Shown here: piece by piece, positions 1 to 8,824 of the stretch
How the letters are laid out: each line of letters begins with the position of its first letter
Numbering within the stretch: the first letter of the stretch is position 1
DNA from: an archaeon
GTDB taxonomy: Archaea > Nanobdellota > Nanobdellia > Pacearchaeales > GW2011-AR1
DNA: 36,009 nucleotides
NCBI GenBank assembly: GCA_043810775.1
Contig: JBDRNU010000009.1
Span: 1-36,009 of the forward strand
Reading direction: 5' to 3'
Program-made: the position numbers and the translations under genes
Notes under the pieces: model-generated
Told to the model about the DNA's origin: nothing
Database searches by the model: none
The model's input: only the letters and a program-made list of their open reading frames with translations

Positions 1-839
1 TAGCATATCTTGGCCCTGAAAAAACATTTACTGAAAAAGCTGCACAGGAGCTGTTTCCAGATGATGAATTAGTAGCTATGCAACCAATAAGAAAGGTTAT
101 TTTAGCTGTTGAAAACGGTGAAGTTGAAGCAGGAGTAGTCCCAATTGAAAATTTTTATAATGGTGAGGTGAGAGAAACTTTAGACACACTTAGTGAATGC
201 TCTAAAACTAACATAGTAAAAGAAAAGGCTATGAAGATTGTATTATGCTTAGGTGCTTTAAAAAATCATGGAAAAATCAGCAAGATTTTGTCCAAAGACC
301 AGGCTATAGAGCAAAGCAGCAGATATTTAAGCGAGAATTATCCAAATGCGCAGGCTATAGCTGTTCCCAGCACTGCAGAAGCAGTAAATATAATTAAAAA
401 CGAAAAAATGAGTGATGGTGCTGCAATTGCTTCGGAAAAGGCACTGGCAGAAGGGGGATTGGAATTTCTTGATAGAGATATATGCCCAAATAATAAGACA
501 CGTTTTGTAGTTTTAAGCAGACAAAAGGCAAAGAAAACTGGAGATGACAAGACTTTTCTTGCATTGCATCCTCCAGTAAGCGACAAGCCAGGAGTCTTAC
601 ATAATAGTTTGGGGGTTTTTGCAGGATTAAACATAAATTTGGAGCTAATCATGTCCAGACCAGATGGAAAGAAAGCATACTTTTTTTACATTGAGCTTGA
701 TGGGCATGAAGATGATGAGAATGTAAAAATGGCGATTAATTCACTAAAGCTCTCGCTTGATCCTGAAAAAAAGTTCCCAGATACAGTTAAAATTCTTGGA
801 AGCTACCCAAATTCACACTGGAAAGATGAAGAAAATTAA
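1..839 (+). CDS. pheA: Prephenate dehydratase (PDT + ACT domain), 5'-truncated by window edge
   Basis: Frame is open upstream of the ATG at 78, reading AYLGPEKTFTEKAA from nt 3 (the PDT N-terminal YLGPxGTF motif). Also GVVPIEN, the NKTRF catalytic motif, and ACT domain DKPGVL...MSRP...FYIELDGH...LGSYP. Confidence 0.93.
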   Translation, partial: AYLGPEKTFTEKAAQELFPDDELVAMQPIRKVILAVENGEVEAGVVPIENFYNGEVRETLDTLSECSKTNIVKEKAMKIVLCLGALKNHGKISKILSKDQAIEQSSRYLSENYPNAQAIAVPSTAEAVNIIKNEKMSDGAAIASEKALAEGGLEFLDRDICPNNKTRFVVLSRQKAKKTGDDKTFLALHPPVSDKPGVLHNSLGVFAGLNINLELIMSRPDGKKAYFFYIELDGHEDDENVKMAINSLKLSLDPEKKFPDTVKILGSYPNSHWKDEEN

Positions 840-1617
840 TATTATTGGTGGAAGTGGCATTATGGGCCAAATTCATAAGAAGATATTTGAAGAAGCAGGA
901 TATGAGGTTATTATTTCCGGCAGGAATTCAGTTCCAAGCATTGAAGATGCTGCTAAAAATTCTGATTTAACTATTGTAAGCGTGCCTATTTCTGCAACTG
1001 AGGAAGTGATTAAGAAGGCTGCTCCTAATTGCAAGGCAATAATGGATTTTACTGGATTAAAAATATTTCCAGTCAAGACAATGCTTAAATATTCTGATGA
1101 AAATTGTGAAGTGGCTGGACTGCATCCAATGTATGGAAATGTTGACTCAATTAAAGGAAGGTCTATAATCTACTGCAAGACTGAAAAAACCGGGAAAAAA
1201 TGCGAAGAAGTAGTTAAATGCCTAAAACAAGCTGGAGCAAAAATAAAAGAGATGACTCCAGAAAGACATGATTTGATTGTATCTGCATTGTCTCAAAATA
1301 TCAGGTCGGAGATTTTGGAAGCGTACTCTCTTTTAATGGAAGATTATGGAATTAGTGCTGAGGATTTATATGAGATTGCATCCCCCCTCACTAAAATTAT
1401 CTTGGATGCAATTGCCAGACAAGTAAATCCAAAAAATGATGAAATGTACAGAGAAATGAGAAAATTTAATCCATTTGAAGAAGAAATAAAAGACAGGTTT
1501 TTGAAAAATCTTGAAAAAGTCAATGAAAAAGACATTCCTGAAAAAGTTAGAAAATTATTTGGAGATAAATTAGGGGAAGCTCAAGAAAGAGCTAAAAAAT
1601 ATACTAATGAAAATTGA
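826..1617 (+). CDS. tyrA: Prephenate/arogenate dehydrogenase
   Basis: Rossmann IIGGSGIMG, VSVPI, DFTGLK, GLHPMYG, MTPERHD. The ATG at 826 (MKKINIIGG) is a better start than 757. Confidence 0.88.
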   Translation: MKKINIIGGSGIMGQIHKKIFEEAGYEVIISGRNSVPSIEDAAKNSDLTIVSVPISATEEVIKKAAPNCKAIMDFTGLKIFPVKTMLKYSDENCEVAGLHPMYGNVDSIKGRSIIYCKTEKTGKKCEEVVKCLKQAGAKIKEMTPERHDLIVSALSQNIRSEILEAYSLLMEDYGISAEDLYEIASPLTKIILDAIARQVNPKNDEMYREMRKFNPFEEEIKDRFLKNLEKVNEKDIPEKVRKLFGDKLGEAQERAKKYTNEN

Positions 1618-2284
1618 TATTGAAGATTTAAGAATTAGAATTAACCAGATTAATGAAAGACTTATTTCTGGATTAAAAGACAGGTCAAGATATAAATTAA
1701 ATATGGGTATTTTTAGCAACGAATTTTCTAGCGGCATGAGCTGGTTTGAGTATAGGCTAAAAAAAGAACAGGATTTAGATTCTGAATTTGGAAGGTTTGA
1801 GTTTCCTGACCAGGCGCCAATTTTATTTAAGAAAGAGGAACTCACCAGTCCAAGGAAGCAGAGAATTATACCTGAAAGCGAAGTAAAAATGCTTATAGTT
1901 GATATTGGGAAAGAAATAATTGAATTTTACAAGGAAATTCTGCCAGAACTATGCAGAGAAGGTGATGACAAAGAAAGCTATGGTGAAACTGCAAAACTTG
2001 ACGTTAATAATATTTTATTATTTAGCGAGAGAATAGGTGGAATTGGGAAGTGTGTGGCCCAGGCTAAACTGCAAAAAAATCCTGAAATTAAAAATCTTGA
2101 AAATGAACAGGAATTATTAGAAGCTCTTGAAGATAAAGCTAGAGAACAGGAATTAATTTATGAAGTTAAGAGGATTGCTGAAGAGTATGAACTTAACATG
2201 CCAGAGCTAATTGAAAAAATATTCAGGAAAATAATTGAGTTTAATAAAAAGGTGCAGATAAATTATATCAAAAATCTAGATTGA
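1607..2284 (+). CDS. Chorismate mutase, eukaryote-like (Aro7/AroQ-beta type)
   Basis: 225-aa all-helical protein in an operon with pheA/tyrA. GRFEFPDQAP, EGDDKESYGETAKLDV, SERIGGIGKCVAQAK and FNKKVQINY parallel the recalled yeast Aro7 motifs. Confidence 0.8.
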   Translation: MKIDIEDLRIRINQINERLISGLKDRSRYKLNMGIFSNEFSSGMSWFEYRLKKEQDLDSEFGRFEFPDQAPILFKKEELTSPRKQRIIPESEVKMLIVDIGKEIIEFYKEILPELCREGDDKESYGETAKLDVNNILLFSERIGGIGKCVAQAKLQKNPEIKNLENEQELLEALEDKAREQELIYEVKRIAEEYELNMPELIEKIFRKIIEFNKKVQINYIKNLD

Positions 2285-3193
2285 TTACATCCTTTCAAGA
2301 ATAGCTATCCTCTTGTCAATTGGAGGATGAGTAGAAAATAAATTTTGAGCTTTTTTCTTGTAAGGATCAGACATAAACAAGGGAGCCACTGCCTTATTAA
2401 TTTTCTTTACTTCTTCAGCTGGAACATGCTCTTTTTGTATCTTGATAAGGGCATTTTTTAATCCCAGGGGATAACGGGTGAATTTTACAGCTGAAGCATC
2501 TGCTACAAATTCGCGCTTTCTTGAAATAGCCAGGGAAACTAGATTAACTACAATTGGGGCTAAAATTGCAAGGATTACCCCAATAATAAGAAGTATTGCC
2601 CCGCCTTTACTATCTCTGTCTCTGCTTCCTCCTCCGAACCAGAGACTTCTTAAGAATATCTGCGAGAAAATAGCTATCATACCAACTAGAACTGCAGTCA
2701 GTGTCATAAATCTAATATCATAATTTGCAATATGGCTTAATTCGTGGGCGAGAACTCCTTCTAGCTCCTGCTTATTTAGTTTTTCTAAAGATCCTGTAGT
2801 TACGCAAATAACTGCATGCTTTGGATCTCGACCAGAAGCAAAGGCATTTATCTGATTTGAATTCATAATATAAACTTTAGGCATGGGTAGTCCACTAGCA
2901 AGCGTAAGCCCTTCAACTGAGTGATATAGCTGACGATACTCAGTTCTAGAAGCTTCTTTGGCTTGAACTGAAGCTAAAGCTATTTTATCTGAATTATAAA
3001 AACCAACTAAGACATAAGAAACTGAAATAATAATTGAAATTATCATTATAACAAAAAAGTAGCCAGGATCTAGAGCAAGTGAAATAACAAAGCCCACAAT
3101 AATAAAGAATATTAAAATTACAATTATCAGTATAAATGACTTTATCTTATTTCTTTGAATCTGGTCGTGAAAAGATACTCTTTCTTTTGACAT
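2285..3193 (-). CDS. htpX: HtpX / M48 membrane zinc metalloprotease
   Basis: N-terminal TMs, QINAFASG, GVLAHELSH (HExxH), SRKREFVADA, FSTHPPIDKRI. Confidence 0.93.
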   Translation of the reverse strand: MSKERVSFHDQIQRNKIKSFILIIVILIFFIIVGFVISLALDPGYFFVIMIISIIISVSYVLVGFYNSDKIALASVQAKEASRTEYRQLYHSVEGLTLASGLPMPKVYIMNSNQINAFASGRDPKHAVICVTTGSLEKLNKQELEGVLAHELSHIANYDIRFMTLTAVLVGMIAIFSQIFLRSLWFGGGSRDRDSKGGAILLIIGVILAILAPIVVNLVSLAISRKREFVADASAVKFTRYPLGLKNALIKIQKEHVPAEEVKKINKAVAPLFMSDPYKKKAQNLFSTHPPIDKRIAILERM

Positions 3194-3227
3194 TAATATA
3201 CTAAGAATTAATGGTTTTTAAAAATGT

Positions 3228-4577
3228 TTATTCACTTCCAAATGATTTTGAGAAGTCTGTTTTTGCCCTTCCAAATTGAAATGTCTTTCTTACGAAGCCC
3301 ACGACCTCTTCACAAGTTAAGTCAGTTGTCCTAGGGATTGTTTCCTGAATTAATTTTGGAATAGAATAACAAAAATTACCCTTAACTATTTCCTCAGCAG
3401 TACTACCTAATTCTCCTCTATAAGCCCCATAATATAATTTAGTGCCTGGATAAGGTATGCAAGGAGAAGCATAAATATCAAATTGCCCATCAAGCTCAAC
3501 ATCTATGAATTTTACAACATCAAGAGTTCTTTGGGCACTTCCTATTGTCTCTCCTGGGAATCCATATATGACACTAAAAACAGGATATATCTTGTGATTT
3601 TTTAAGTTTATAACAGCTCTTCCAATTTGATTAGATTTAATTTCTTTATTCATTTTATTAATTATATGGGGGTCAGCTGAATCAATACCTATTTGTAACT
3701 GCTTGAATCCTAGACTAGCAAGTAATTCAACAATTCTTTCATCTGCAAGATTATCTATTCTTTCATAACCTCTAAGATGCACATTTAAACCTGAACGTTT
3801 AGCTTTTGAAACTTCTTTTAACCATTTAAGAGATTGTGTAAAAGTATCACATTTATCTGAATAAATATATCCTCCACCATAAACTGATTCATAATACTCA
3901 ATCTCTTTCCAGAAGTCTCGAATATCTTTTCTAGTATATTCTTCAACATTAGGAATACTGCAAAAACCACAACGTCCCTTAATGGCTGCTTTAAAGCAAC
4001 CTCTACCCGATAACACAGGAATTACTCCTTTAAAACCCAAGCTGGAGTTTTTTTCTCTGTAAGCTTCAAAATAATTTTCTGGATTAACTAAAGAAATATC
4101 GGTAGTGGGAAGATCATTTAAATGTATTGCTTGTGAGATTATTTTAGATGGTGCTTGATTATTTAATAAATAAAATAAACCTAATTCTCCAGGTCCCACT
4201 ACAATATAATCAATAAAAGGGTAATTTTCCACCACTATTTCTGCCATAGAAGGAGCCCCATTTCCCCCTTCTGCAGATATGTAAGTTCCCCCTAAAACAA
4301 CTTTTACGCTTGGTATCAATTGTTTTACTTTTTCTGCTAAAATTATAGCATTTTCTCTTCTTTCTGCATTTGCATTGATGCCAACAATATCACATCCTTC
4401 TAAAACCTCCTCGAGATCCCCACTAAAATCAAAATCATTAAATCTAACATCTACTCCATTTTGCTTTAAGTGAGTAAGTATAGAAGCAGATCCTAGTGGC
4501 AGTTCGGTTTTATTACCTGTATATTTTTCCTTCATTCCAGAATCCATCTGAGGTATTAATAATGATACAAATGCCAT
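3228..4577 (-). CDS. Cobalamin-binding radical SAM enzyme with Cx8Cx2C motif
   Basis: B12-binding-like N-domain (LPLGSASILTHL, VVLGG, YIVVGPGE), GRGCFKAAIKGRCGFC, IGIDSAD, IYGFPGET, PYPGTKLY. Confidence 0.85.
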   Translation of the reverse strand: MAFVSLLIPQMDSGMKEKYTGNKTELPLGSASILTHLKQNGVDVRFNDFDFSGDLEEVLEGCDIVGINANAERRENAIILAEKVKQLIPSVKVVLGGTYISAEGGNGAPSMAEIVVENYPFIDYIVVGPGELGLFYLLNNQAPSKIISQAIHLNDLPTTDISLVNPENYFEAYREKNSSLGFKGVIPVLSGRGCFKAAIKGRCGFCSIPNVEEYTRKDIRDFWKEIEYYESVYGGGYIYSDKCDTFTQSLKWLKEVSKAKRSGLNVHLRGYERIDNLADERIVELLASLGFKQLQIGIDSADPHIINKMNKEIKSNQIGRAVINLKNHKIYPVFSVIYGFPGETIGSAQRTLDVVKFIDVELDGQFDIYASPCIPYPGTKLYYGAYRGELGSTAEEIVKGNFCYSIPKLIQETIPRTTDLTCEEVVGFVRKTFQFGRAKTDFSKSFGSE

Positions 4578-4679
4578 TGATAAAGCTTATATTAAAAATA
4601 TTTAAATATTTATGCCTTTAGTTTATTTAGTTGAGATCATCACAATAATCCTTTTATACTAACTTACTTAATTAGATAC

Positions 4680-5261
4680 ATGAAAGATATTGTTAATTTC
4701 CTATATGAAATTGGAATTCTGAGCAAGACTCCAAGAAGCGGCTTTCATTTTCTTGGAAGCGGCAGCCAGAGTGTAGCGGACCATATTAGCAGAGTTGTTT
4801 ATATAGGATATACTCTGGCATCGCTGGAAAAAGATGTTGATGTTCTTAAAGTTATTAAAATGTGCTTTTTGCATGACCTTGCAGAAGCAAGAACTTCTGA
4901 CTTAAATTATATGCACCAGAAATACGTAAAGATTGATGATGAAAAAGCAATTGAAGATTTAGCCAAGACCCTTCCATTTGGGGAGGATTTTAAGCAAGTT
5001 ATACATGAATACAAAGAGAAAATAACAAAAGAGGCATTGCTTGCCAGAGATGCTGATAATATTGAGTGGATTTTATCATTAAAAGAGCAGTTAGATACAG
5101 GAAATTTGAAAGCTAAAGACTGGATTAATCCTGCAATTAAAAGACTGAAAACTGAAGCAGCTCAGAAGCTGGCTGAAGAAATTATGAAGACTCACTCTGA
5201 TGACTGGTGGTTTAAAGACAAAGAAGGCAAGTGGTGGATAAATCGAGATAAAGACACCTAA
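4680..5261 (+). CDS. HD-domain 5'-deoxynucleotidase-like hydrolase (YfbR/HDDC2-like)
   Basis: KTPRSG, QSVADH, LHDLAEARTSD, ARDADNIE. Confidence 0.85.
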   Translation: MKDIVNFLYEIGILSKTPRSGFHFLGSGSQSVADHISRVVYIGYTLASLEKDVDVLKVIKMCFLHDLAEARTSDLNYMHQKYVKIDDEKAIEDLAKTLPFGEDFKQVIHEYKEKITKEALLARDADNIEWILSLKEQLDTGNLKAKDWINPAIKRLKTEAAQKLAEEIMKTHSDDWWFKDKEGKWWINRDKDT

Positions 5262-5266
5262 CGGCT

Positions 5267-5352
5267 TCAGAATTCTTAAGAATTCTGATAGTCATCAGAA
5301 ACCAAAGGTTTCTGAGATTTCTTTAGAGCTTCCCTTGAGTATGCCTCAGGGG
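5267..5352. repeat. Cluster of three hairpins between convergent genes
   Basis: Perfect 22-bp palindrome TCAGAATTCTTAAGAATTCTGA (5267-5288); TCAGAAACC-AAA-GGTTTCTGA (5295-5315); CCCTTGAG-TATGC-CTCAGGGG (5332-5352). Confidence 0.8.
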
Positions 5353-5372
5353 TGATGAAGACAATTAGTTGT

Positions 5373-6104
5373 TTAATCTACAAGAGTTGCAACATAATCT
5401 GTAAATTTTATAGGAAGATTTACCCGAGCTTCTTCTTCAAGTACCTTATAACAAATATCATCCTGAGCTCTCTGCCAGATATTTTCTCTTAGCTGCCAGG
5501 CTGTTCTGCTAGTTGTATCTAAAGACGGTTCTTGTGCTGAAAAAGTCATATCTATCCATTTGTTATATCTTGGTTGAGCTAATTCATGCAGAACTGTTAA
5601 TTCTTCAATACTAACTTGGCTAGCTAAAAAATCTAGCTGTCTAGGAAGTGTGTGAATTAAAGATAAAGGGGTAAATCCAAGTGCTGAGCCTAAATTTGAA
5701 GCAATAGGATATTCTTTTGGAGGCATGTTAAGGTATCTTTCAGCTAATCTGCCTAACTGCGCTTGCAAATTAGAATCATGTCCACTTAAAAGAGAAAATC
5801 TTAATGAAGGCAATGCCATTAACCTATGGCCTTCATTATCATTAAAAAAATAAAATTCAAGAGAGGGTTGAAATGATAGAGATTTACCATGAAAAGCGCC
5901 ATAATTTAGTTTTGAACAAACACTAGAATAAGAAGAATCTAAAAGCATAAAATCCTTAAATTCTTGAGCAATAAAGCCGGGAACCTCTTCATTCCTTATG
6001 TCTGTACCTACTTGTTCAGCTTCTTCTGGGGTTAATAAAAATATATCACGGCAGATTCTTGGATTGATTCCATTTCTAGGAGTAATATCTATAATACTTT
6101 TCAT
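5373..6104 (-). CDS. Hypothetical protein
   Basis: 243-aa ORF with an AT-rich TATA-like region upstream; no recognisable motif. Confidence 0.6.
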   Translation of the reverse strand: MKSIIDITPRNGINPRICRDIFLLTPEEAEQVGTDIRNEEVPGFIAQEFKDFMLLDSSYSSVCSKLNYGAFHGKSLSFQPSLEFYFFNDNEGHRLMALPSLRFSLLSGHDSNLQAQLGRLAERYLNMPPKEYPIASNLGSALGFTPLSLIHTLPRQLDFLASQVSIEELTVLHELAQPRYNKWIDMTFSAQEPSLDTTSRTAWQLRENIWQRAQDDICYKVLEEEARVNLPIKFTDYVATLVD

Positions 6105-6158
6105 AATAAAAAGTATTTATTTTAATATTTAAAGATTTATATTCTAAATTAGTTATCT

Positions 6159-6452
6159 TTATCTTTGTTTTCTTTTATTCTTTCTCTGATTTTTTCCTTT
6201 TTCTATAACCCAGTGAGTATTTTTACCGCGCCTAAATCCCCCTTGGCCTCCCCCTCTTCTCGTTCTTCTCCTATCCTGCCCACCACCCCTTTCCATGGTT
6301 AAAGACTCAGAGATACTATTGCAAAAATATGAAGGCTGAACTGCATATCCTGAAGAAGCTGAAACTGGCGCTAACTGACTATAATTAAAAAGCTGTCTAA
6401 AAGGCTCAAAAAAAGTATAATCAATTTTTTTTAGTCCTTCATAAATATTCAT
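6159..6452 (-). CDS. Hypothetical small protein with Arg/Gly/Lys-rich C-terminus
   Basis: ORF fills the gap between two minus-strand genes; ATG at 6452 (MNIYEG) preferred; tail RGGGQDRRRTRRGGGQGGFRRGK. Confidence 0.45.
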   Translation of the reverse strand: MNIYEGLKKIDYTFFEPFRQLFNYSQLAPVSASSGYAVQPSYFCNSISESLTMERGGGQDRRRTRRGGGQGGFRRGKNTHWVIEKGKNQRKNKRKQR

Positions 6453-6492
6453 AATTAAATAAGTTAACAAAGTGTTTATAAATATTTATATT

Positions 6493-7053
6493 CTAAAATT
6501 CAACTTTAGGCACAGCTTTAGACTCAGCTGGTATTTTCAAGAACTCTTTTTCTTTTTTGCTGAAAATTCCTGCAAAAACTACTCCTGGGAAAGTCTTTAC
6601 TGAATTATTATATGAGAGAATTGAATCATTATAGAACTGCCTAGAGTAAGCAATCTTGTCTTCAATAGCTGAAAGCTCATTTTGTAACTGGAGGAAATTT
6701 TCATTTGCCTTTAGATTTGGATAGTTTTCAGCAAGTGCGAATATACTTTTTAGTGCAGTTTGCAGTTGATTTCCTGCTTTTACTCTTCCAGAAATATCTT
6801 TTGCAGAAAGTAAAGCTTTCCTCGCATTAGTAACTTCAGTCATAATTGATTTTTCATGCTTCATATAACCTTTAACTGAAGCTAACAAGTTTGGAACTAA
6901 ATCAGCTCTCTTTTTAAGCTGAACATCAATCTGGCTTAAAGAATTATCAATTCTGTTTCCAAGAACTACAAATCTATTAAAGTAATAAATTAGCATAATT
7001 ACAATTAAAGCAATTATAATAACTATCACCCAGATTAAGACTCCTAATGCCAT
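6493..7053 (-). CDS. lemA: LemA family protein
   Basis: N-terminal TM, QIDVQLKKRADLVPNL, AENYPNLKANENFLQLQ, SRQFYND. Confidence 0.95.
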   Translation of the reverse strand: MALGVLIWVIVIIIALIVIMLIYYFNRFVVLGNRIDNSLSQIDVQLKKRADLVPNLLASVKGYMKHEKSIMTEVTNARKALLSAKDISGRVKAGNQLQTALKSIFALAENYPNLKANENFLQLQNELSAIEDKIAYSRQFYNDSILSYNNSVKTFPGVVFAGIFSKKEKEFLKIPAESKAVPKVEF

Positions 7054-7127
7054 TCTGAATATAGCAAAATTTAGTTTATAAAGGTTTCCAAGAAAGCTTT
7101 AAATAATCTCGCTTAAAAATTAAGTAT

Positions 7128-7727
7128 ATGAAAATTACGGTTTTAAAAGGCAAGAAGCGAGAAAAATTCAAGAAAATGCATTTCTCCATAGATAAGAGAG
7201 AAGTTGCTGTTTATGAAACTTTTAAGGAAAAAGTAGGCAATCCATGCTCTGTATTATATCCTGCTTGTGGATTTAACATAAGCCCCAGCGAAGTTTTTAA
7301 CAACATAACTTTTGTAGATCCTAATCCTAATGTTTATGCAGCACTTACTGTATGTGGATTTGAGTCTTTTTGGGAATGTATCCAAGATTACCGACCTAAA
7401 GCAGAACATGATTTGCTTGTTTTGCAAGGGTTTTATTCAGAATTAATTAAGGAAACACTTAGGTTTGTGGCTAAAGAGGGCCACATACTTATTGGACCTT
7501 TTAACCCATATTATTTGGGAAGTATTTATGATCAAGCTGAAATAATCCAAAATGAGGGTATATTTTCTTGCTACGGAGAAATTAATTTTGTTGATAGAGA
7601 AGATAAAAATAATAGCAGAACTAGATTTACAAGAAGCTTAGATGGAAAATTAACTAGGTATAATACAAAACATCAGGGCAGGGTAAAGTTGGGGGCAGAC
7701 TGGTATATTTTTAAAAAAGACAAATAA
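7128..7727 (+). CDS. Hypothetical protein, possible degenerate class I SAM-dependent methyltransferase fold
   Basis: SVLYPACGF followed by ITFVD and DLLVL resembles Rossmann MTase motifs I/II/IV. Confidence 0.45.
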   Translation: MKITVLKGKKREKFKKMHFSIDKREVAVYETFKEKVGNPCSVLYPACGFNISPSEVFNNITFVDPNPNVYAALTVCGFESFWECIQDYRPKAEHDLLVLQGFYSELIKETLRFVAKEGHILIGPFNPYYLGSIYDQAEIIQNEGIFSCYGEINFVDREDKNNSRTRFTRSLDGKLTRYNTKHQGRVKLGADWYIFKKDK

Positions 7728-7767
7728 TAAAGAGAAGCTTTAAAAATACCAGATATTATTAATATTT

Positions 7768-8145
7768 ATGGATTCAAAGAATAAGGTAATAGTTACTTTT
7801 GGAATATTAATATTGCTAGTTTTAGTGTTTTATTTTGTAGCTATGAATATAACAAAACATACAGGATATGTTTCTATTAGTGAGGAAGAGACTAAAAAAG
7901 ATTTTGCTCAATGTTTGACTAACAAGGGAATATTAATGTATGGAAGCGCTTATTGCGGGCATTGCAAAAATCAAAAAGAGCTTTTTGGAGATTCATTCCT
8001 ATATGTAAATTATGTTGAGTGCACTGAAAATCCTGAAGCTTGCCAGGACTTAAGTGGAGTGCCTGCTTGGGATATAAATGGGGAAATAACTTATGGAACT
8101 CAAACTCTAGAAAAACTCTCAGAACTGTCAGGGTGCAGTTTATAA
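7768..8145 (+). CDS. Membrane-anchored thioredoxin-fold protein (CGHC)
   Basis: N-terminal TM, MYGSAYCGHCKNQKELFG, YVEC, GVPAW, LSELSGC; similar to VKOR-associated Trx domains. Confidence 0.8.
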   Translation: MDSKNKVIVTFGILILLVLVFYFVAMNITKHTGYVSISEEETKKDFAQCLTNKGILMYGSAYCGHCKNQKELFGDSFLYVNYVECTENPEACQDLSGVPAWDINGEITYGTQTLEKLSELSGCSL

Positions 8146-8210
8146 AACAGGTGATTTAAAATGGCAAAAATTAAAAATTTTCTTTATTTTAAAATCTGAA
8201 GATTATTAAA

Positions 8211-8402
8211 ATGGCTAAAGTTTCAGTTGATAAGAAAAAATGCATTGGGTGTGGAGCTTGTGAAGCACTAGCTTCTGATATTTTTGTGTTGAACTCTGAA
8301 GGCAAGGCAACTGTTAAAAAAGCCAGCGTTGATGAAGAGGACCTTAAACAAGCTAAAGATGCAGCTGAAAACTGCCCTGTAGATGCAATAAGTGTAAAGT
8401 AA
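8211..8402 (+). CDS. Monocluster [4Fe-4S]/[3Fe-4S] ferredoxin
   Basis: CIGCGAC ... NCPVDAI in 63 aa. Confidence 0.92.
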   Translation: MAKVSVDKKKCIGCGACEALASDIFVLNSEGKATVKKASVDEEDLKQAKDAAENCPVDAISVK

Positions 8403-8433
8403 AGATTTATAAATAGTTTTTCTAATAATTTTT

Positions 8434-8751
8434 ATGGACATTAAAATACCTAGTGAAAATGGAATTTATAAGTACATTTGGGTTTCTCTTAGTGATGAGG
8501 ATTATGTAAGATTCGGGCATCAGACTACCAATCATGAAGAGATGGTTTCCAATCTGGGAAGGACTCTTGAAGAAAGTTACCTAGATTCAAAAGTATCTGA
8601 TGCAGGAGTACTAATATTAAATTCATCTGAAAAGAAAATGCAGATAAAATATGCTAGCGCACATTACTCTGAAAAATTTAATCCAGCAGGATTTAAAAAA
8701 TTAATTGAGAAAAATACAGAATATAAAGTTGAAATACCTACCGGATTCTAA
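8434..8751 (+). CDS. Hypothetical protein
   Basis: 105-aa ORF with TTTATAAA at 8406-8413 just upstream (likely leaderless). Confidence 0.6.
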   Translation: MDIKIPSENGIYKYIWVSLSDEDYVRFGHQTTNHEEMVSNLGRTLEESYLDSKVSDAGVLILNSSEKKMQIKYASAHYSEKFNPAGFKKLIEKNTEYKVEIPTGF

Positions 8752-8768
8752 ATCTTCCTATAGAAAGA

Positions 8769-8796
8769 TTTATATACTTTGTTAACTATCGTTAAC
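8769..8796 (+). promoter_or_regulatory. TATA box plus dyad operator-like site upstream of regulator/iscS operon
   Basis: TTTATATA (8769-8776) preceded by purine-rich GAAAGA; GTTAAC-TATC-GTTAAC dyad at 8781-8796; GGAGGA SD at 8815-8820. Confidence 0.55.
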
Positions 8797-8824
8797 TGTT
8801 ATAAATTTATTAACGGAGGAAAAA

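Noticed and set aside
757-825. Upstream start for tyrA
   Set aside because: Lies deep inside pheA; the Rossmann motif begins right after the ATG at 826.
8156-8215. BHB-type mRNA intron before ferredoxin
   Set aside because: A TTAA/TTAA central helix is possible, but the flanking helices do not pair.
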